A DNA stretch of 27,938 nt from the NCBI GenBank assembly GCA_024626585.2, contig JANKJI020000002.1, positions 250,458,687 to 250,486,624 on the forward strand, in the 5' to 3' direction. This document shows positions 24,087 through 27,938 of this stretch, one piece after another (within the stretch, counting starts at the first letter, position 1; each line of letters starts with the position of its first letter). The notes below the pieces were generated by a model. The model saw only the letters and a list, made by a program, of their open reading frames with translations, ran no database searches and was not told where the DNA came from. The position numbers and the translations under genes are program-made. Origin of the DNA: Ginkgo biloba. Its lineage: Eukaryota > Plantae > Ginkgophyta.

Positions 24087-24382
24087 GTGTCTACAAAAAG
24101 CACCCTAGCCATTTATTCAGTTTAAAAATAAAATAAATTATTTTTTTTGCCAAAAATAATTAGAGGAAAGATAGTCTCAGAAGCCTCTAGAAGGCCTAGA
24201 GATATGAGAGGTGCTTTTAAAGAGATCCAAGAATATTACAATCATCCGCTAAAATTTCTTGAGCAATTCTCATAGTTTATTAAATTCTTCTTCTAGGAAT
24301 TTTGATTTGGTATTCATTGAATTTTTTTTTTTTAGAATTTGGTGTTTTTAGTAAGAAGAGATTTTTCTTGAGAAGATTGAAT

Positions 24383-24526
24383 ATGGAAGTCATCAATATG
24401 GATGGTTGCGAGGTCAAATATTTTGCATTTCGTGATGAAATCAATTAGTTGCTTAGCCTCATTATCAACACTTTTTATAGTAATAAGGAGATTTGTTTGA
24501 GGAAACTTATCAACAATACATCCAAT
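24383..24526 (+). pseudogene. HSP90: Exon 1 relic of cytosolic HSP90
   Basis: [47 protein letters not shown] matches [34 protein letters not shown](A/S)SD. In-frame TAG at 24446-24448 (CAG>TAG). Similarity stops at GT (24527), where plant HSP90 genes have intron 1. No ALDKIR exon found downstream. Confidence 0.95.
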
Positions 24527-25884
24527 GTGGATTTTCATTCTTTTCCTTCCCCTCATTTTGTGTTTTAGAGTTATTATTAGTCTAAAAAAAATAATAGAGA
24601 AAACTTCCAATCGTTCCTTTAAAATATACTCTATTAAATTATTGTGGCATCTAATTAAATATTGCCAATTCTTGAATTCTTTCTTAATAACAACAAGGGA
24701 AGAATTTTATTTATGAAAGGAAGCAATATAAATTTGCTTACTTATTGATGTATGATAAGCACAATAAAGTGCGACACTTAAGCTATGCTATCTAATATTT
24801 AAAAAAGGATTCAAAATTGCATGAAAAATATTTATGAGAGGAATGTAAATGTTAAAATATTCTTTGCATTACTATTAGGTATTATTATTATTATTATTTT
24901 TAAGTTGACTTATTTTAATTTTTCTATCATAGGGCTACATTGTTCATTGGCTAATATGTTTCCTATACAAGATTTAAACAATTGCCAATGTCATGAAAGT
25001 GACTATTAAAATAAGCCTTAATGACTAACAAATTATATGGTATTATAAAAGTATTTAGAGTAATGATTTAAAGGAATGTAAGAACATGATAAGANNNNNN
25101 NNNNNNNNNNNNNNNNNNNNNNNNNNNNNNNNNNNNNNNNNNNNNNNNNNNNNNNNNNNNNNNNNNNNNNNNNNNNNNNNNNNNNNNNNNNNNNAAGAAG
25201 TGTTGTTTTATATTGAGGAAAACTTGTGCTATAGTTATTCCATTGGATTGCTTAAGTGATTTGAGAAAGCGTAAAGGGCAATTGTAGATGCATTAAATCT
25301 TTGATGTAAGCCAATGGCTAGATGAATGTAACTTGCCCAAATGCTCATTATTACAATTAAAGGAGATATTATTTGTTAAAAAGACCATGCTAATGTTAGA
25401 TAATTCAATTAGGCCTATGATTGATCATCTCTACATGGTTTGAGCACAAAGTTATGCACATTTAATCCAGAGAGAAGGAAAATTAGTTTTTGGCAAGAAT
25501 ACTACCACCTAAGGTTCCCTAAAATAGATACATATTCTCTTTTGCACATCCTTGACATGTTGGGATGAATCAGTCAGAGCCATAAAATGGACACACTAAT
25601 TAGATTTTCTTGATACATGACACTAGTTGAATTGTGGCTTAATAGTGACTGATATAAATTGACTTGTGCATTTTAGGTCCTTACTATGTTATGGCATGGT
25701 TTATTGCCTTAAACAAGTTTCTCCATGTCCCAGTGAACACTTAGCCTTCAAGAAACTAAAAACCTTTTGTCAAGATTGTCATGCCATATTATGTTTTCAT
25801 TTTGGTTTCATAATTATTCATTTAAAACATATTTCATGGGTTTTTGTTGAAGTGAACAATACATAGGATACATGGGTTACGAGA

Positions 25885-26545
25885 TGTCACCACATGCCGA
25901 TCACCATTCCATCACTCCCGTAGGTTGAAGGTGGGACTAAAAATTGCCAATCTAGGTCTGTGGAATTCCCACGGGCTCTGACCCACCTGAGATCCTAACA
26001 CATGGTGTGATCCTGAGCCCATAACCCATAGAAGACTTGATACATGAAAGTGAAGAAGAGGAAGGGTCTAACCCCCACCTCAAGGATGAATGGTGGTGCA
26101 CGGTGACACATGGATACCTACTACATCCTCTCCCTCTCACTGAGATTGTAAAGGAAGCTAGAATATAAAAGGGAAAGGGGTGCGAGATAACAATGTGAGT
26201 TGATACCTTAGGAAAGGATGAAGGCTAGTGTTCTAAGGAGAGGACTCACATTAGGGGAAAAGGCCCATAGAACCCTGAATCACAAGAAGGTGACATGTGT
26301 CTTATTTCTCACCCCTCCTAATGAACCCTGGGGAGTTGTGAATGGAAATCAAGAAATGCACCAAGGAATTATATGATATGGATACATGTATTGATCCTAA
26401 GAGTTTGAGGTCTTGTAGACCATACATACATAAACAAAGTATAAAAGTAGGCTCAGAGTTTGACCCCACGATAAACTCCCAAGTGTCATTCTCCTTGCAT
26501 TATGGATATCTCTAAAGTTATAACGATAATAAAGAAAGGGAAGAT
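25885..26545 (+). mobile_element. LTR-like sequence
   Basis: Higher-GC non-coding block starting TGTCACC, with TATAAAAGGG at ~26164, the inverted motif GGTGACA at 26289-26295 and PBS-like TGGTATC at ~26547. The right end is ambiguous and no TSD was found. Confidence 0.4.
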
Positions 26546-27569
26546 ATGGTATCGTGGAACTCATGCTAGGACTTGTGAGATAATGGAACATGTAAGGATG
26601 GTATTTAAATGGTAGTAAATTCATTTAACCCATGGGCAACGACATTAAGGCCTTCAATTATGCACACAAAGGGAAAATCTATTGAATCTCCATGGACCGC
26701 CATTACCAAGATCATAAATTGAGGANNNNNNNNNNNNNNNNNNNNNNNNNNNNNNNNNNNNNNNNNNNNNNNNNNNNNNNNNNNNNNNNNNNNNNNNNNN
26801 NNNNNNNNNNNNNNNNNNNNNNNNNAAAATACATTTTCAAATAAACATGGAGTTGCATAAAAATACCTTTTAAAAATCATATAAAAATGAAAGGATTTTT
26901 TGTGTAGTTGTATCCAAGTCATTTTGTTTCAATAAGTATTTGGATGTATCCATAAAAGTCTTACACAAATGCGCAATATACATAATATTACCTCTACGTT
27001 TTCATGAAAAATTCCTTTATGAAGTATGTGTATGTTCAAGCATATTTCAAGTTTCAAGAGGATTGGTTTATACTTACCTTCTAAACTCAAAATGTGACTT
27101 TATTGCTAATAAGCGAGGAAGAAATTTTCACGTCTAGTTTCATTAAAATAGGATTATTTTGGAGGTTTTAGTCTTTGTAAATGCTAAAATGTAAATATGT
27201 GCTCTTGTATCATACAATGTAAGATAGGGTCCATTAGGACATTATGTATTTATTTTAAAATCACATCTATGTATAAGAGTCTGCCCTTATGTATACCTTG
27301 CACACAAGCCATATGTATACCTTGCAAAATAAACACATTCAACTTGTAGGATGAACTTTCTTCACGACATACATTAATCATTTGCATATTTGTAACATGT
27401 TCAACATTTGAACCTACCATATATTCTTTTATGGTACTTGCTATAAAGCAGTTTTCACAATTTGCAACAAATATGCAATGTATGTAGATACATGCACCCA
27501 AATATTTATTCATATTAAAATTTATGCTATAGTGTACTTTAAATATTTATTTGATAAAAGTCAAAAGGA

Positions 27570-27938
27570 TATGATTAAGGGATTAATAACATGGGGAACA
27601 TAACATCTTTTATAGGCCTCAAGGAAGACATAAAGGGCTTATTGCAANNNNNNNNNNNNNNNNNNNNNNNNACCATTTTTGCCTACTATCTATTATTGAT
27701 CCACTAAACTTCATCCCTCAACTTGATGTCAATAAGGATGTCAATCCATAAGTATTATTTCAACCCCTTTTCGATAATAGGATTACCCTTAATAGTGCTC
27801 CACACTTAATTGGTAGTTATTTATTTATATTAATTCCAAGTTCCTTTTTATAGGTATCTTTTTAATCCATTTATATTAATTTATGGTATCATGATCGACA
27901 ATTTAGTGTGTCTTCTTTCAACATGATAGTTAGCCAGG
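27570..27938. repeat. Dispersed LTR-like repeat family, copy D (runs off the window end)
   Basis: CTCCACACTTAATTGGTAGTTATTTATTTATATTAATT and TTCAACATGATAGTTAGCCAGG align to CCCCACCCTTCACTGGTAGTATTTAATTATATTAATT and TTCAACCTGATAGTCACCCTAGG in copy A. Confidence 0.75.

Noticed and set aside
24332-24610. 92-aa minus-strand ORF
   Set aside because: It is the antisense shadow of the HSP90 exon 1 relic.
25195-25870. Possible LINE RT remnant on the plus strand
   Set aside because: Only faint motif echoes (LDF, PK), which is not enough to call by eye.
25885-26295. Complete solo LTR bounded by TGTCACC...GGTGACA
   Set aside because: Flanks (CGAGA / TGTGT) do not form a target-site duplication and another GGTGACA occurs internally, so it is kept only as LTR-like.
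27250-27513. 87-aa minus-strand ORF
   Set aside because: No recognisable domain, AT-rich, and contains a small internal duplication.

Overview
Eukaryotic, AT-rich land-plant DNA broken by many N runs (gaps or masking). A large-genome seed plant or other vascular plant is likely, but that is inference. No complete gene is visible, and most ORFs in the supplied track are N-run artefacts or spurious. About two thirds of the window is heavily decayed retroelements: an L1-type LINE on the minus strand (~2.9-5.9 kb), two Ty3/gypsy relics on the minus strand (~6.0-8.9 kb and ~14.3-16.1 kb), further LINE and probable copia scraps, and four diverged copies of one LTR-like repeat. The notable part is 19.3-24.6 kb, a mosaic of isolated pieces of unrelated host genes that retain their intron flanks. 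These are one intact exon of a classical tyrosine phosphatase (PTP1-like, +), unidentified exon-like segments, upstream region + exon 1 + intron start of an organellar cysteine synthase (OAS-TL, -, frameshifted), and promoter + exon 1 of a cytosolic HSP90 (+, premature stop, perfect heat-shock element retained). An eroded Helitron-like 3' end (hairpin then CTAG|T at 23971) lies between the head-to-head OAS-TL and HSP90 pieces. The best model is transposon-mediated gene-fragment capture. The main alternative is that the window lies within very long introns of a real PTP1 gene. All protein assignments come from recalled motifs, not database searches.
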